Shown piece by piece: positions 20,525 to 30,413 of a DNA stretch of 64,000 nt. The notes under the pieces were generated by a model. That model saw only the letters and a program-made list of their open reading frames with translations. It was not told the origin of the DNA and did not search any database. The stretch lies in the IMG/VR virus record IMGVR_UViG_3300021400_005597; one strand, 5' to 3'. Made by a program: the position numbers and the translations under genes. Each line of letters starts with the position of its first letter. Position 1 is the stretch's first letter. This DNA comes from an uncultured virus (IMG/VR IMGVR_UViG_3300021400_005597). Its lineage: Duplodnaviria; Heunggongvirae; Uroviricota; Caudoviricetes.

Positions 20525-21361
20525 TTATAATTGTTCTGTTGGATAATCTGGAACATAATTTCGAATATCACAGATTGTTAAAAAAATATCTTCAGGTAAG
20601 AGACCAATGATATCTTCATCTCTGGGGAGTTCTAAGTCTGTTATAGAATCAATATAATTTACTACTGACTGATTAAGTTGCTCAAGATTAAATACTATGT
20701 TGAAATATCTTCGCCATTGTTGCAGTTGATTGTACATTTCTACGAAATAATCAACATCAGCTTTAACATCATGGATATCTTCTCCCCAATCTATTTGAAA
20801 CCATTCATCTGAACTACGAGATTCTATCTTATTTATAAGATCCTTTTTTGCCAAATCTTTAAATTCAGGATATTTCTTTGCAACTTCAACATAAACACCA
20901 TATCCACGAAGACCAAAATCACCATCCAATTCAACATCAGCCCATTCAAATATTATTTCATCACGGAATTCTTTATTATCAGTAGCACAATCCATAATAT
21001 CTGCCACAGCTTGTTCAAATTCATCTAGTTTTTTAGGGTGTTTGTCAATTATTTGATTTCTAATTATATCAACAACTGCTTTGCTATACTCGTCTATTAA
21101 ACCGATGTCTCCTAAAGATACATCGAAGAAAATACAAAGTTCTTTGGTTTCTTCTGGATATGCTTCGATAAAAGATTTTGCCATATAAATGTAATCTTCT
21201 TTTGATTTCAGAGAAGAATATAAATCAACTATTTCTTGAAGCGTATCTGTTTTGCCATATTTTTGTTCAAAATCATCTTCATCTTCATATTCATGTTTAA
21301 CTTGTTCGCAAATACCTGTCATCATATAATCTTTTAATGCATTTTCGAGTTTTGCTGTCAT
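20525..21361 (-). CDS. Hypothetical protein
   Basis: 278-aa ORF with SD. Confidence 0.7.
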   Translation of the reverse strand: MTAKLENALKDYMMTGICEQVKHEYEDEDDFEQKYGKTDTLQEIVDLYSSLKSKEDYIYMAKSFIEAYPEETKELCIFFDVSLGDIGLIDEYSKAVVDIIRNQIIDKHPKKLDEFEQAVADIMDCATDNKEFRDEIIFEWADVELDGDFGLRGYGVYVEVAKKYPEFKDLAKKDLINKIESRSSDEWFQIDWGEDIHDVKADVDYFVEMYNQLQQWRRYFNIVFNLEQLNQSVVNYIDSITDLELPRDEDIIGLLPEDIFLTICDIRNYVPDYPTEQL

Positions 21362-21379
21362 ATTAAAATCCTCCTTAAA

Positions 21380-22462
21380 TTAAAGTTCTATTTCATCTTG
21401 TGTATTTTCTTCTGCTTCAATTCTCTCATTTATGCTTGGTTCTTCATAACCTGTTTGCTCAACAAAATATTCTTTTATCTTGCCGTGTGTAAGTTGTATG
21501 GTTTGTATTTCGCCATTCTTTGTTACTCTGGCATTCCTTGTTTTGCCAAATGCACCTATTTTGATAAGAGCGTGGTTATTAGGTATATTATCTTTTGGTA
21601 TTGTAATAGATAATGTACGGTTATCTGATACTGTTTCAGGGCAAGGTATATTAACTACATAATATTGATTTCTTTCTTGTCCACATAAGCTATAATGAGT
21701 GAATTCAGCGGGGATAGTAACGGTCTGATCCATTTTATGTTTATAAGCGAGATAAGCGTCTGAGCATTTGTCGAAAAAATTTGATGTGCTCATTTCTACA
21801 GTTTCGTGCTTAAACTTAACAGATATGGTCTCCTTTGTAAAATAAAGGTGGTAACGCTCGTTCCAAGAGATGCAATCATCTTTTGATAAATTAATCTGTC
21901 CCCATAAATCATTTGGCGTACTGCCAATAGGGAATGAAACTGTAAAGGAACCATCATGATTGGTTCTTACCTGTTTAGACTTAACTCCCGGCATATAAAA
22001 TGTACCTTTTTCATCTTTTGCAAGCGGAATACCCTGCTTATTTACGAAATGATTGTTTTTGACATAGAATAATGCGTCTTTGTCATAATATGGGGCGTAT
22101 TCTCTGACTTCTAACATTTCATTAGGGAAAAGTCTTGATAAACAAAAGCATAAGCCGTTGTTTGGTTGCCATTTACTACAGTATAATAACATATTATCTG
22201 ATGTGCCATCTTCATATCGGATAGTTTGGCTGCCAATTGTGATTTCACTTGCACCATAATGGTCTATTGCTGCTTTGTCGCCCATTTTCATTAAATCAAG
22301 CACAACAGAGCGGTTAGTTTCATTTTCCATTGAAAGTAAGTCAAGTGTAATGGAATGGTTTGGTTCATTCTTAAATTTGGCGAAACCTGATTTAAGCATT
22401 TCTTCTACAATGTTTTTCTTTCTGTTTTCGAATAATATATTATAATCGTACCATTCTCCCAT
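21380..22462 (-). CDS. Hypothetical protein
   Basis: 360-aa ORF with SD. Confidence 0.7.
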   Translation of the reverse strand: MGEWYDYNILFENRKKNIVEEMLKSGFAKFKNEPNHSITLDLLSMENETNRSVVLDLMKMGDKAAIDHYGASEITIGSQTIRYEDGTSDNMLLYCSKWQPNNGLCFCLSRLFPNEMLEVREYAPYYDKDALFYVKNNHFVNKQGIPLAKDEKGTFYMPGVKSKQVRTNHDGSFTVSFPIGSTPNDLWGQINLSKDDCISWNERYHLYFTKETISVKFKHETVEMSTSNFFDKCSDAYLAYKHKMDQTVTIPAEFTHYSLCGQERNQYYVVNIPCPETVSDNRTLSITIPKDNIPNNHALIKIGAFGKTRNARVTKNGEIQTIQLTHGKIKEYFVEQTGYEEPSINERIEAEENTQDEIEL

Positions 22463-22474
22463 AATTATTCCTCC

Positions 22475-23524
22475 TTACCAAAGGTCTATATCGTCTGTTT
22501 TATCTTCCTGCTGCGGCTGAGGTGCTGGTGCCGGGGCTTGTGGCTTTGGCTTGGTTTGGTAATATGGCTTATAGTTTGGGTTCTTTTGTTTTTCCATATA
22601 AGCCTTACGCATCTCTCTTGTCAAATCTTCCATCGTATCAACGCCGTATTTAGCCCCATAACGGTTTATAACGCACTTTTCGATAAAAGCCTTGTCTAAA
22701 TTATCAAAACGCTCTTTATCGGCTTTATTTGAGAAACAGGTCCAATAATGTTCCATAGCGTCATAATAGATTGCTGTTTTATTATCATCAGGTAAACAAA
22801 TTCTGATACGCTGATCTGATGGTTTATTTGAGTTAATCCAGAAGTAAGCATATTTAGGCATTGCTATTTCAGTTGGTTCTTTTTCATATTCAAGATGCTT
22901 ATACATATCAATGAATTTTTCGAGACATTTAGCCGTCGCACCTACATCTTCCATTGAATTATGGTACTGTGCCTTATAATCAGGGAATAAATATGTGGTA
23001 ATTGTTGCAAGTTTGTGATTACCACGCTTAAACCCGAGTTTTTTGGCAACAGGTTCGATATCTTCAAGTGAAATTAAGTGCCTTGCCATTTTAAGTGTGT
23101 CAATAGATGGCTTTTCAACATACGGATAATTTGTACGCTTGCACATATTTTGAACTTTAAGTAAATCGAACTTTACATTCTGACCTGCCCAGACATCTGA
23201 TGTATTTAAGATATTCATAATCTCACTAACTTCTTCTGCCTCAGTTTGTGCATTATTGACTGTCTCTTGTGATATACCTGTAAGTTCTGTGATGATGTCA
23301 GGAAGAATCATCTCGGGATTGATATAGGTGTCCACAGATGCTATTGGCATAAATTTACCATCAGGTGAGATAGTATATTTGATTGCAGAAAACTGAATGA
23401 TTTTTGCATCTGGTTCAAGACCGGTTGTTTCTGTATCGAATACACAGATTGTTTTGGCATTTTTAAGTATGTCTAGAACTTCATCTCTATGCGAACTAAT
23501 AGAACGCCATTTAACATTTTTCAT
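22475..23524 (-). CDS. DEDDh 3'-5' exonuclease (DnaQ/PolC-like)
   Basis: FDTETTGL, GQNVKFD, IDTL, HNSMEDV. Confidence 0.9.
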   Translation of the reverse strand: MKNVKWRSISSHRDEVLDILKNAKTICVFDTETTGLEPDAKIIQFSAIKYTISPDGKFMPIASVDTYINPEMILPDIITELTGISQETVNNAQTEAEEVSEIMNILNTSDVWAGQNVKFDLLKVQNMCKRTNYPYVEKPSIDTLKMARHLISLEDIEPVAKKLGFKRGNHKLATITTYLFPDYKAQYHNSMEDVGATAKCLEKFIDMYKHLEYEKEPTEIAMPKYAYFWINSNKPSDQRIRICLPDDNKTAIYYDAMEHYWTCFSNKADKERFDNLDKAFIEKCVINRYGAKYGVDTMEDLTREMRKAYMEKQKNPNYKPYYQTKPKPQAPAPAPQPQQEDKTDDIDLW

Positions 23525-23860
23525 ATAATTTGTCCTTTCTGATATTTGATATGGTTATATGTAAAAAAATGAATAGAAAGTAGCGAATAATAATTTTTGT
23601 ATGCAAAAGAAAGACATATTACGGCTGTTAAATTGCGAAAAGACAGTCGATATATGGCTATATTTGATTATATTTAGAATAGGGGATAGTCGGGCAGAAA
23701 AAGAATAGTATATTATTCCTTATTATACTTTTTAATTTTTGTTTGGTAAGAAACAAATAATTAGTGTTTTTGTCTTTTTGTTTTAATGTCAGTTTCTGTC
23801 GCTGAAAATATTTTTATTTTTCACATATAAAGATACTGACTTTGAAACGGAGATTTTTAT

Positions 23861-24508
23861 ATGAACAAACCCAGATTATTTGTCGATATGGACGGTACAC
23901 TTGCTGAGTGGAGAAATATCAATATTACTGTTGAACATATTGAAGAATGTTATAAGGCTGATTTCTTCAAAAAGAAATTAGATGAAATTTTATATACCCC
24001 ACACTATTTTGGTACTTTGAAACCTCATACAAAAGTAGTTGATGCCATAAAGAAGATTATTGATGAAAATGAGATTGAAGTATTTGTTTTATCATGTGTA
24101 ATACCTGATAAGGATGGACAGTCTCCATTAAAGGATAAGAATGATTGGCTTGATAAATATATTCCTGAAATTGATAGCCAGCATCGTATTTTTGTTCCAG
24201 ACGGTCTTGATAAAAAAGATTATATTCCAAATGGTATTAAATGTACCGATGCCTTGTTAGATGATTATACAAAGAATTTGATGAAATTTTCAAAAGCAGC
24301 TAAAGCGATTAAATTGTCTAATGAGATAAATTCAAGGTATGGAACTTGGTATGGGAACAGAGTAGCCTATGATTCTGAAAGGTTGGCAGAAGACTTAACA
24401 GATATAATTATTAACGGCAAGGAGATAATAAGAGATGATCCGATAAAAGACAATGAGAGTATTGATGCAGAAGAATACTTAAAACAATTCGAAAGTGATG
24501 AAATTTAG
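23861..24508 (+). CDS. HAD-family 5'(3')-deoxyribonucleotidase
   Basis: FVDMDGTLA, K..WL, LLDDYTKNL. Confidence 0.85.
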   Translation: MNKPRLFVDMDGTLAEWRNINITVEHIEECYKADFFKKKLDEILYTPHYFGTLKPHTKVVDAIKKIIDENEIEVFVLSCVIPDKDGQSPLKDKNDWLDKYIPEIDSQHRIFVPDGLDKKDYIPNGIKCTDALLDDYTKNLMKFSKAAKAIKLSNEINSRYGTWYGNRVAYDSERLAEDLTDIIINGKEIIRDDPIKDNESIDAEEYLKQFESDEI

Positions 24509-24518
24509 GAGATGATAA

Positions 24519-24749
24519 ATGAAGTACATAGTGATGTTATTGGCTGTACTTATGGCGTTGATATGCGGAGTATTATTCTTTATATGTACAGTTAAGTTAT
24601 ATTTTGGTAGTAAAGAAAGGAAAAGTAAGAGAATAACGGTATTAGAAAAGAAACAAATTAGTAAACTTTATAATAAATGTTCAATATTTGGTATTTTGTT
24701 TGCTGTATTTAGTTTTATTTATTATTATATATGGTTTACTACAAGATAA
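24519..24749 (+). CDS. Small two-TM membrane protein
   Basis: Two hydrophobic helices; SD. Confidence 0.6.
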   Translation: MKYIVMLLAVLMALICGVLFFICTVKLYFGSKERKSKRITVLEKKQISKLYNKCSIFGILFAVFSFIYYYIWFTTR

Positions 24750-24856
24750 TATGATATAATTAGATAGTCTTCTAATGAAAAGGGGATAACACATATAGCC
24801 ACAACATAAAGAACCACCCGGCTAGGGGTGGTTTTTTATATTAGTGTTATTTTTAA

Positions 24857-25411
24857 TTATTCATCTTTTTCTAATTCAGGATCTTCTTCCCAAAGTGTAT
24901 ATGGAATTCCATCTAAAAAGTATTCGTCGCCATCTTCGGCAGTTTTGCACCATTCATCAAAGTCATCAAGGGTTTTGCTAACATCATCTGCGGTTATATA
25001 TCCGGCTATTTTTTCGCCCATTAAATAATCTTCAATAGCATCACGCACAGTATAATAATTATAGAATTTTTCGCCTAAATCTACTTTTGAATCTGTTTCC
25101 AAATCTGCTTCAGTTAAAACATCATTAAATAAACTTAAATCACCATTTGTACCTTTAATAAAACTTTTAATCATTAGATTTGTATATTCTGGTTTTGTGG
25201 CTGAAGTTTTAGCTCCTTTAATTAGGTAATCCTTATATACAGATGTACAATTAGCACATTTTAATAAAATTAGTGCATCATTGTAAGTGAAATAATCAAA
25301 AGTGTTATTTGTTTTGCTTTCCTTAAGTATTTTATCACAAATATCTGTACACATTCTAACAAGAGTTGGGGTGGCGATTTCATCTTTGTTACCATTAATT
25401 ATAATTTCCAT
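24857..25411 (-). CDS. Hypothetical protein
   Basis: 184-aa ORF with SD. Confidence 0.7.
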   Translation of the reverse strand: MEIIINGNKDEIATPTLVRMCTDICDKILKESKTNNTFDYFTYNDALILLKCANCTSVYKDYLIKGAKTSATKPEYTNLMIKSFIKGTNGDLSLFNDVLTEADLETDSKVDLGEKFYNYYTVRDAIEDYLMGEKIAGYITADDVSKTLDDFDEWCKTAEDGDEYFLDGIPYTLWEEDPELEKDE

Positions 25412-25425
25412 AAGTATTCTCCTTT

Positions 25426-26397
25426 TTATAAATCAATTTCATCTTTTTCAATTAAATCCTGGTTCATTGATTCGGTAAGAGCATAATCAGCTATCTGATA
25501 AGAACAATCAACATATTCCGGGGTTGTTCCAAGTGGGATTTCATCAATATGTTCATTTGCCCATTCTAAAGCCTCTTCAAGAGTATTTGCATCTACTTTA
25601 ATGGTGTCATATACTTCCCAGGATACAGGTATCGTAAATGTTTTGGTTTTTTCTTGTTGCTTTTTAGCAGTAACCCTAAAGCCATTACTATCGACTGTAA
25701 ACTCACTATTATGATAGGTTTCATTTTCTTCTTTAATTCTGGCTTTTAATTCTTCTTTAATCTCAGGGTGCTTTAAGTTATATAATTCATTAGATAACTC
25801 AGTATTTTGTGCTAAAGCATGTTCATAATCTTCATCTGACCTGATGAGATATTCGTTTAATTTCTTTTTGTTCTGTTTAAGAACAGCTCTGTCGTGAATG
25901 AGTTCTCTTTTTTCCTTATTAAGAAGAGCAACCTGCTGCTTAAGTTGTTTAATTTTAGTGGTAATGATTTCCTTGTCAATATCATTTAATTTTTCCTGAC
26001 CATAAATGTAACCACCATGTTCTCTAATAGCCGGAATTACTTCGTGGGTAATCCAGGATTTGAACTCTTTTGCTTTAGGTAAATTGGATTCAAAAATCAT
26101 CTGATACATACCAGCTTCATTGACGAAAATTTTATCCGTAAAATCATTTTTACCAAAGAATTCGGCTTTGCCGGATTCCGGCGAAGCCTTGTATTTTAGG
26201 GCTTTGCGGTCATCTGGATCGGTGTGTTCGTTAATTCTGTGGGCATAATGTGATTTTTCGTAACCAAGGCATTCACAGATATCATTTGCGAAAAAATAGG
26301 TTTCACCTTTTTCATCTTGGAGTGTTCTGATCCGTCCAAGGTTTTCATTGTTAAATAATTCAAAATCTTTAAATTGTTCAAAATAATCCATAAGCAT
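25426..26397 (-). CDS. BRO-N antirepressor-like DNA-binding protein
   Basis: FFANDICECLGY, VNEAGMYQMIFESNLPKAKEFKSWITHEVIPAIREHGGY; coiled coil. Confidence 0.88.
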   Translation of the reverse strand: MLMDYFEQFKDFELFNNENLGRIRTLQDEKGETYFFANDICECLGYEKSHYAHRINEHTDPDDRKALKYKASPESGKAEFFGKNDFTDKIFVNEAGMYQMIFESNLPKAKEFKSWITHEVIPAIREHGGYIYGQEKLNDIDKEIITTKIKQLKQQVALLNKEKRELIHDRAVLKQNKKKLNEYLIRSDEDYEHALAQNTELSNELYNLKHPEIKEELKARIKEENETYHNSEFTVDSNGFRVTAKKQQEKTKTFTIPVSWEVYDTIKVDANTLEEALEWANEHIDEIPLGTTPEYVDCSYQIADYALTESMNQDLIEKDEIDL

Positions 26398-26404
26398 TCT
26401 CCTT

Positions 26405-26995
26405 TTAATAATCTAAACTATAATCATCATTATTTTGATTATCAGAAATATCCAATTGTTTTAATGCCTGTAATCTTTTATGGTATTTATCTGCTGTGGT
26501 TTCTTTTGGCTGTGTCGGGGTTTCTAACATATCTGAATAATCAGGTTCTAATTCCATTGTTAGTTCTTTTTCGAGTTCTTTTTGCGGATCATATATGGCA
26601 AAAATTTCTACATCGTTATCTCTGCATAAAGACCATACTTCGTTTGATGATGGTCTTACTAAAGACATAGTATCGAATGCAGCATCTTTGACTCCATATA
26701 CAAAGAAAAGACAATCACTAATTTCTTCAGCAGACAGATCATGAAAAATTTTTTCTCTGCCGTACATAGGGTATTTGTCTATGTAATCTAATGGATTTTT
26801 ATCAATTTCTTTCAATTTATTATCAGATAGATTAAAAGCATGAATAGTAAATCCATGACAAGTAGCATCATCAAGTGTCTCATAATCAGAGTTTTCTATA
26901 TAATGCAGAGTATCATTAGAACCTTCCTGATAATAAAAAGCCAGATTAGATTTGTTACATAAATCTTTCAAAATACTTGAATTTCTAATTTTCAT
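26405..26995 (-). CDS. Hypothetical protein
   Basis: SD; motif at 27027. Confidence 0.7.
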   Translation of the reverse strand: MKIRNSSILKDLCNKSNLAFYYQEGSNDTLHYIENSDYETLDDATCHGFTIHAFNLSDNKLKEIDKNPLDYIDKYPMYGREKIFHDLSAEEISDCLFFVYGVKDAAFDTMSLVRPSSNEVWSLCRDNDVEIFAIYDPQKELEKELTMELEPDYSDMLETPTQPKETTADKYHKRLQALKQLDISDNQNNDDYSLDY

Positions 26996-27043
26996 AAAAA
27001 ATCTCCTTTTTATTTTTGTTGTTTATATATGTAAAAACAATCA

Positions 27044-27075
27044 AAAAAAATAGACACTCGTGAGAGTGTCTATTT
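27044..27075 (-). terminator. Intrinsic terminator
   Basis: AAATAGACACTC-GTGA-GAGTGTCTATTT, with a U-tract on the minus strand. Confidence 0.75.
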
Positions 27076-27265
27076 GTCTTAACATAAGAAGGTTTTTTAT
27101 AAACAAACGATTAACTTTGAAGATTGTTTTATGAGTAATACTACTTGGCAGCTATGTGCTTTTCATATATGTATCTTTTTACTCATGTAAGCATTCCTTA
27201 GTCGCTTTTGACCGGAAACTTAATTTTCTTACCAAGTATAAAACATATATATTGCCCTAATCACA
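27045..27265 (-). ncRNA. Candidate SOS-regulated structured small RNA
   Basis: Bounded by a consensus sigma-A promoter and a terminator; no long ORF seen; internal complementary blocks. Confidence 0.45.
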
Positions 27266-27271
27266 TTTTAT

Positions 27272-27300
27272 ATTCTAAACATTTGTTCGTTATTTGTCAA
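27272..27300 (-). promoter_or_regulatory. Sigma-A promoter with embedded LexA box
   Basis: TTGACA-N17-TAGAAT; CGAAC-AAAT-GTTT spans the spacer. Confidence 0.8.
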
Positions 27301-27301
27301 T

Positions 27302-27396
27302 AACTTTTTATAAAAAATTTTACCTTTTTTATAAGAATATGACTTTTTTATAAAAAATATGACTTTTTTATAAAAAATATGACTTTTTTATAAAAG
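27302..27396. repeat. Tandem 20-bp repeat GACTTTTTTATAAAAAATAT (about 5 units)
   Basis: Near-identical units at 27341, 27361 and 27381, degenerate units at 27301-27340; each has a TTTTTTATAAAAAA-type palindrome. Confidence 0.9.
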
Positions 27397-27398
27397 TA

Positions 27399-27887
27399 TT
27401 AGATTTGTGGCTGATTAAAGATAAGTAATTTATAGTTTACTTCATCAATTATTGTCTTTGGTAAGGCTTTAGTTTTCTTTTTATCATATAAATCAGCTAC
27501 AATATGTATATCGGCGTCTACTAACGCTTTAGACACATTTGATTTAAAACCTACGCTCTCGATCGGAAGCCCCTTAAAATCTTCGCTAGGCTTTTTATTG
27601 TCAGTTTTTGGTTTTGTATCTTTTTTAGGCTCTGGTTTGGTTTCCTTTATGGGAGTTTCGACAGTTTCTTCTATCTTTTTCTTCCTAGGACCTCTAGTTT
27701 TAGGCGTTTCTGTTTTTACTGCCGGTGTTTCAGCTGTCGTTTCTACCTTTGGCTTTTTAACCTGTGCTTCATAAAACTTACAGGTAAAACTCTCAATAAA
27801 AGGAAATTGTTCTTCAACTCTATCAAGTTCATCCTTGAATTTACATATTACTGCATTTTTGCATTTGCTGCATTTAAGATTGTCCAT
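27399..27887 (-). CDS. Protein with Cys-rich N-terminus, K/E/P/T linker and RNAP alpha-CTD-like C-terminus
   Basis: LPIESVGFKSNVSKALVDADIHIVADL resembles alpha-CTD PIEELxLSxRxxNxLxxxxIxTVxDL. Confidence 0.5.
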   Translation of the reverse strand: MDNLKCSKCKNAVICKFKDELDRVEEQFPFIESFTCKFYEAQVKKPKVETTAETPAVKTETPKTRGPRKKKIEETVETPIKETKPEPKKDTKPKTDNKKPSEDFKGLPIESVGFKSNVSKALVDADIHIVADLYDKKKTKALPKTIIDEVNYKLLIFNQPQI

Positions 27888-28010
27888 ATTATTTCTCCTT
27901 TTTGATAGAAATATTTATTGTTATGTATATATGTAAAATAAAAAAGTATAAAAAAGAGTGCTTGAATAGCACTCTTTATAATAAATATTATTTGATATTA
28001 TAAATTGGTT

Positions 28011-28595
28011 TTATTGTTCTATTTCTTCTTCCACAGCTAAATTTTCTTTTATTTCTCTAATAAGTTCATCTCTTTCATTCTCAGGGCTCGTACAAAATTC
28101 TTCACCCTCTTTATTTACAATAGATATACTAGAAGAAAGTGCATCGATTTGTGCGGTATATTCGTCATTAATTTCTTTTGTTTCAAAAGTATTACATTCT
28201 TCACAAAGAATGCCAACAAAAGATGGATGACCTTTTAAGTCCACACAAACAGGTGTTGAATAATCGCCTCTGATATCACCCTTTAAATGAACACGAAATA
28301 TTGCGATATTGTCATCAGGGAGACTTATATATTCAATATTATTTGAGATATTGCATAAATAATTATAAGTGTTATCATGTGCCTTTAATGGGCCATTTTC
28401 ATAAGCATAATCCAAAGCTTCTTCAAAAGAATCATATGGCATTGGTCTTTCAAATTGCTTTAACTGGTCTAATAGTGGAAGAATGTCATATAAATACATA
28501 TCTTCAGCTACATTACCGTTTTCATCAAAAATATAAGGCTTATCTGGGCCCTTTCTGGCTTCTTTTACTTCTTCAATTACTTTTTCAATATTCAT
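28011..28595 (-). CDS. Hypothetical protein
   Basis: 194-aa ORF with SD. Confidence 0.7.
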   Translation of the reverse strand: MNIEKVIEEVKEARKGPDKPYIFDENGNVAEDMYLYDILPLLDQLKQFERPMPYDSFEEALDYAYENGPLKAHDNTYNYLCNISNNIEYISLPDDNIAIFRVHLKGDIRGDYSTPVCVDLKGHPSFVGILCEECNTFETKEINDEYTAQIDALSSSISIVNKEGEEFCTSPENERDELIREIKENLAVEEEIEQ

Positions 28596-28599
28596 ATTA

Positions 28600-28725
28600 T
28601 TACTCCTTTTCTACATCTTCTTCTGATTGTTCGGGTTCTTTAAGTGTTTCACACTCTTTGTCTTCACATTCCAAGCATTCAAGATAAACTACCTTTTCAT
28701 TTAAGATTGGACAAAATTTACTCAT
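28600..28725 (-). CDS. Small Cys-rich protein (MSKFCPILNEKVVYLECLECEDKEC...)
   Basis: 41-aa ORF read manually; SD; motif at 28746. Confidence 0.6.
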   Translation of the reverse strand: MSKFCPILNEKVVYLECLECEDKECETLKEPEQSEEDVEKE

Positions 28726-28799
28726 AATTTGTTCTCCTTGGATATATATGTAAAATTAAAACAAAAAAATAAAGCCCATAGGCTTTACTTTTTATATTT

Positions 28800-29195
28800 T
28801 TATTCATAATCAAGTCCATCCAAACCTCTTATAAGTTCAATGGTTCTTTCATGTTCTTCTTGTAAAACAGCATTGTCTTCTTTATATTGTTTTAGATATT
28901 TGCCGGAGATACCAGTTAAGAGACTTTCTATATATTCTTCATCGCAATACTCATTATCAAGAAATTCTTCATAACAAGCATAAATCTCACCATTAAATCC
29001 CCTTTCCATTAAATATTCATCAAATGTAAGTTCAGGCGGATTTGCCTCTGTAAAACATTCTGGTGGATATTCTTTTAAATATGCTTTCATTGCTGCGACT
29101 TCATCATCAATAGTAATATTATGGTCTTTCTTCCAATCCATAATATAAAGGTTATAACATAATGTTCTAATGTCGTTTACACTTTTCATAAGCAT
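28800..29195 (-). CDS. Hypothetical protein
   Basis: ORF with SD. Confidence 0.7.
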   Translation of the reverse strand: MLMKSVNDIRTLCYNLYIMDWKKDHNITIDDEVAAMKAYLKEYPPECFTEANPPELTFDEYLMERGFNGEIYACYEEFLDNEYCDEEYIESLLTGISGKYLKQYKEDNAVLQEEHERTIELIRGLDGLDYE

Positions 29196-29202
29196 TCTCC
29201 TT

Positions 29203-30132
29203 TTAATCTAAATCCAAATTATCGTCTTCTATGTTGTTTGTTTTATTGTGGATTAAATCATAGGCTCTTTTGTAAGAAGGTTCTATAATTAAATTATATC
29301 TTTCTGTTAACATAGTTTTATAGAAATCTTTTTGTAAATTATCCAAACATTCGGTATTATCTATAATATTAAAAATATTATCTAAATGAATTTGAGGATA
29401 AATCTTTATTAAACTATTTAGGCAATCTTTATCATCTGTAGATAGTAAATAATCTCGATAATTGATCTTTTTATCATCTATTTTAATGGCAGAAGTAGGG
29501 AAATTATAAACTCTGTTGTGCTTTTCCATATCAGAGTTTAGTATTTTTGTTATCAATTCTTTATCAGCTTGTGGATATAAACATGAACCACAGTCATATA
29601 CCGGGGCTAATTTGCTCATATCGGTTTCCTTATTATATAAAAAACCCCAATTGTCATTATGTCTATCGAAATTACCGATAAAAGCATCTACAATAAACAT
29701 ATCCCAGAATCGTTCTTTAAGTGATAAGACATCTATATTTTGCTGCTTATCTATACTATCAAGTATATCTTGTAATTCTGTGCCATAGCCATTATGTTCG
29801 CTGTCTATGATAGTATTTTTTAATGAAGCAAAGTTTTTTAAGTCGTAACCGTCTTTTTCTAAATCACCACAAGCAACAACAACTTTTGTTTTGTTATCTT
29901 TTGTATATGTGCCTAATATTGTCTTTTGAACAGGTATGCCAATACTTTCATATATTTGGCAACCTAAATATTCAGAAATGCAGCTATTTGTGTAACTCAT
30001 TTCTTTATTTTTACTAGGGATAGCCGGGAATTTAAGCATATATAATTCATTATTAAATTTGATACAAATTTTATTTCCATTTGCTCCTTCATATGTTTTT
30101 CCGGTTTTTTGGCAATATGTAAAATCTATCAT
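29203..30132 (-). CDS. HipA-like (CtkA-type) Ser/Thr kinase
   Basis: GANGNK, YMLKFP, SEYLG, GNFDRHNDNWG, APVYDCGSCL. Confidence 0.88.
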   Translation of the reverse strand: MIDFTYCQKTGKTYEGANGNKICIKFNNELYMLKFPAIPSKNKEMSYTNSCISEYLGCQIYESIGIPVQKTILGTYTKDNKTKVVVACGDLEKDGYDLKNFASLKNTIIDSEHNGYGTELQDILDSIDKQQNIDVLSLKERFWDMFIVDAFIGNFDRHNDNWGFLYNKETDMSKLAPVYDCGSCLYPQADKELITKILNSDMEKHNRVYNFPTSAIKIDDKKINYRDYLLSTDDKDCLNSLIKIYPQIHLDNIFNIIDNTECLDNLQKDFYKTMLTERYNLIIEPSYKRAYDLIHNKTNNIEDDNLDLD

Positions 30133-30136
30133 TTTA

Positions 30137-30337
30137 TTATTGTCCTTTCTTCAGACCTAGAAACTCTTCTCTTAATGTCCAAGCTTGTTCGCTCGTGATC
30201 ATTCCCTCAACTTCTGCAACATTTATATCTGTTTGCAGTTCACAATAATAGCAATCCCAAAGTGAAGTGTCTTGGTTTTTCAAATAATTATCGATGCTTT
30301 CTTTTAGGCATTCGGGGATATAAATATCTTCTTTCAT
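30137..30337 (-). CDS. Small protein upstream of the HipA-like kinase (possible antitoxin)
   Basis: 66 aa; first gene behind the motif at 30381. Confidence 0.55.
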   Translation of the reverse strand: MKEDIYIPECLKESIDNYLKNQDTSLWDCYYCELQTDINVAEVEGMITSEQAWTLREEFLGLKKGQ

Positions 30338-30413
30338 TTATATTACCTCTCATATATTATAAGGTTACCTTTATTTTAATATATGTGAAATAAAAAATAA
30401 AAGAAAAAATAAA

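Noticed and set aside
27302..27396. Second CRISPR array
   Set aside because: Tandem units with no unique spacers
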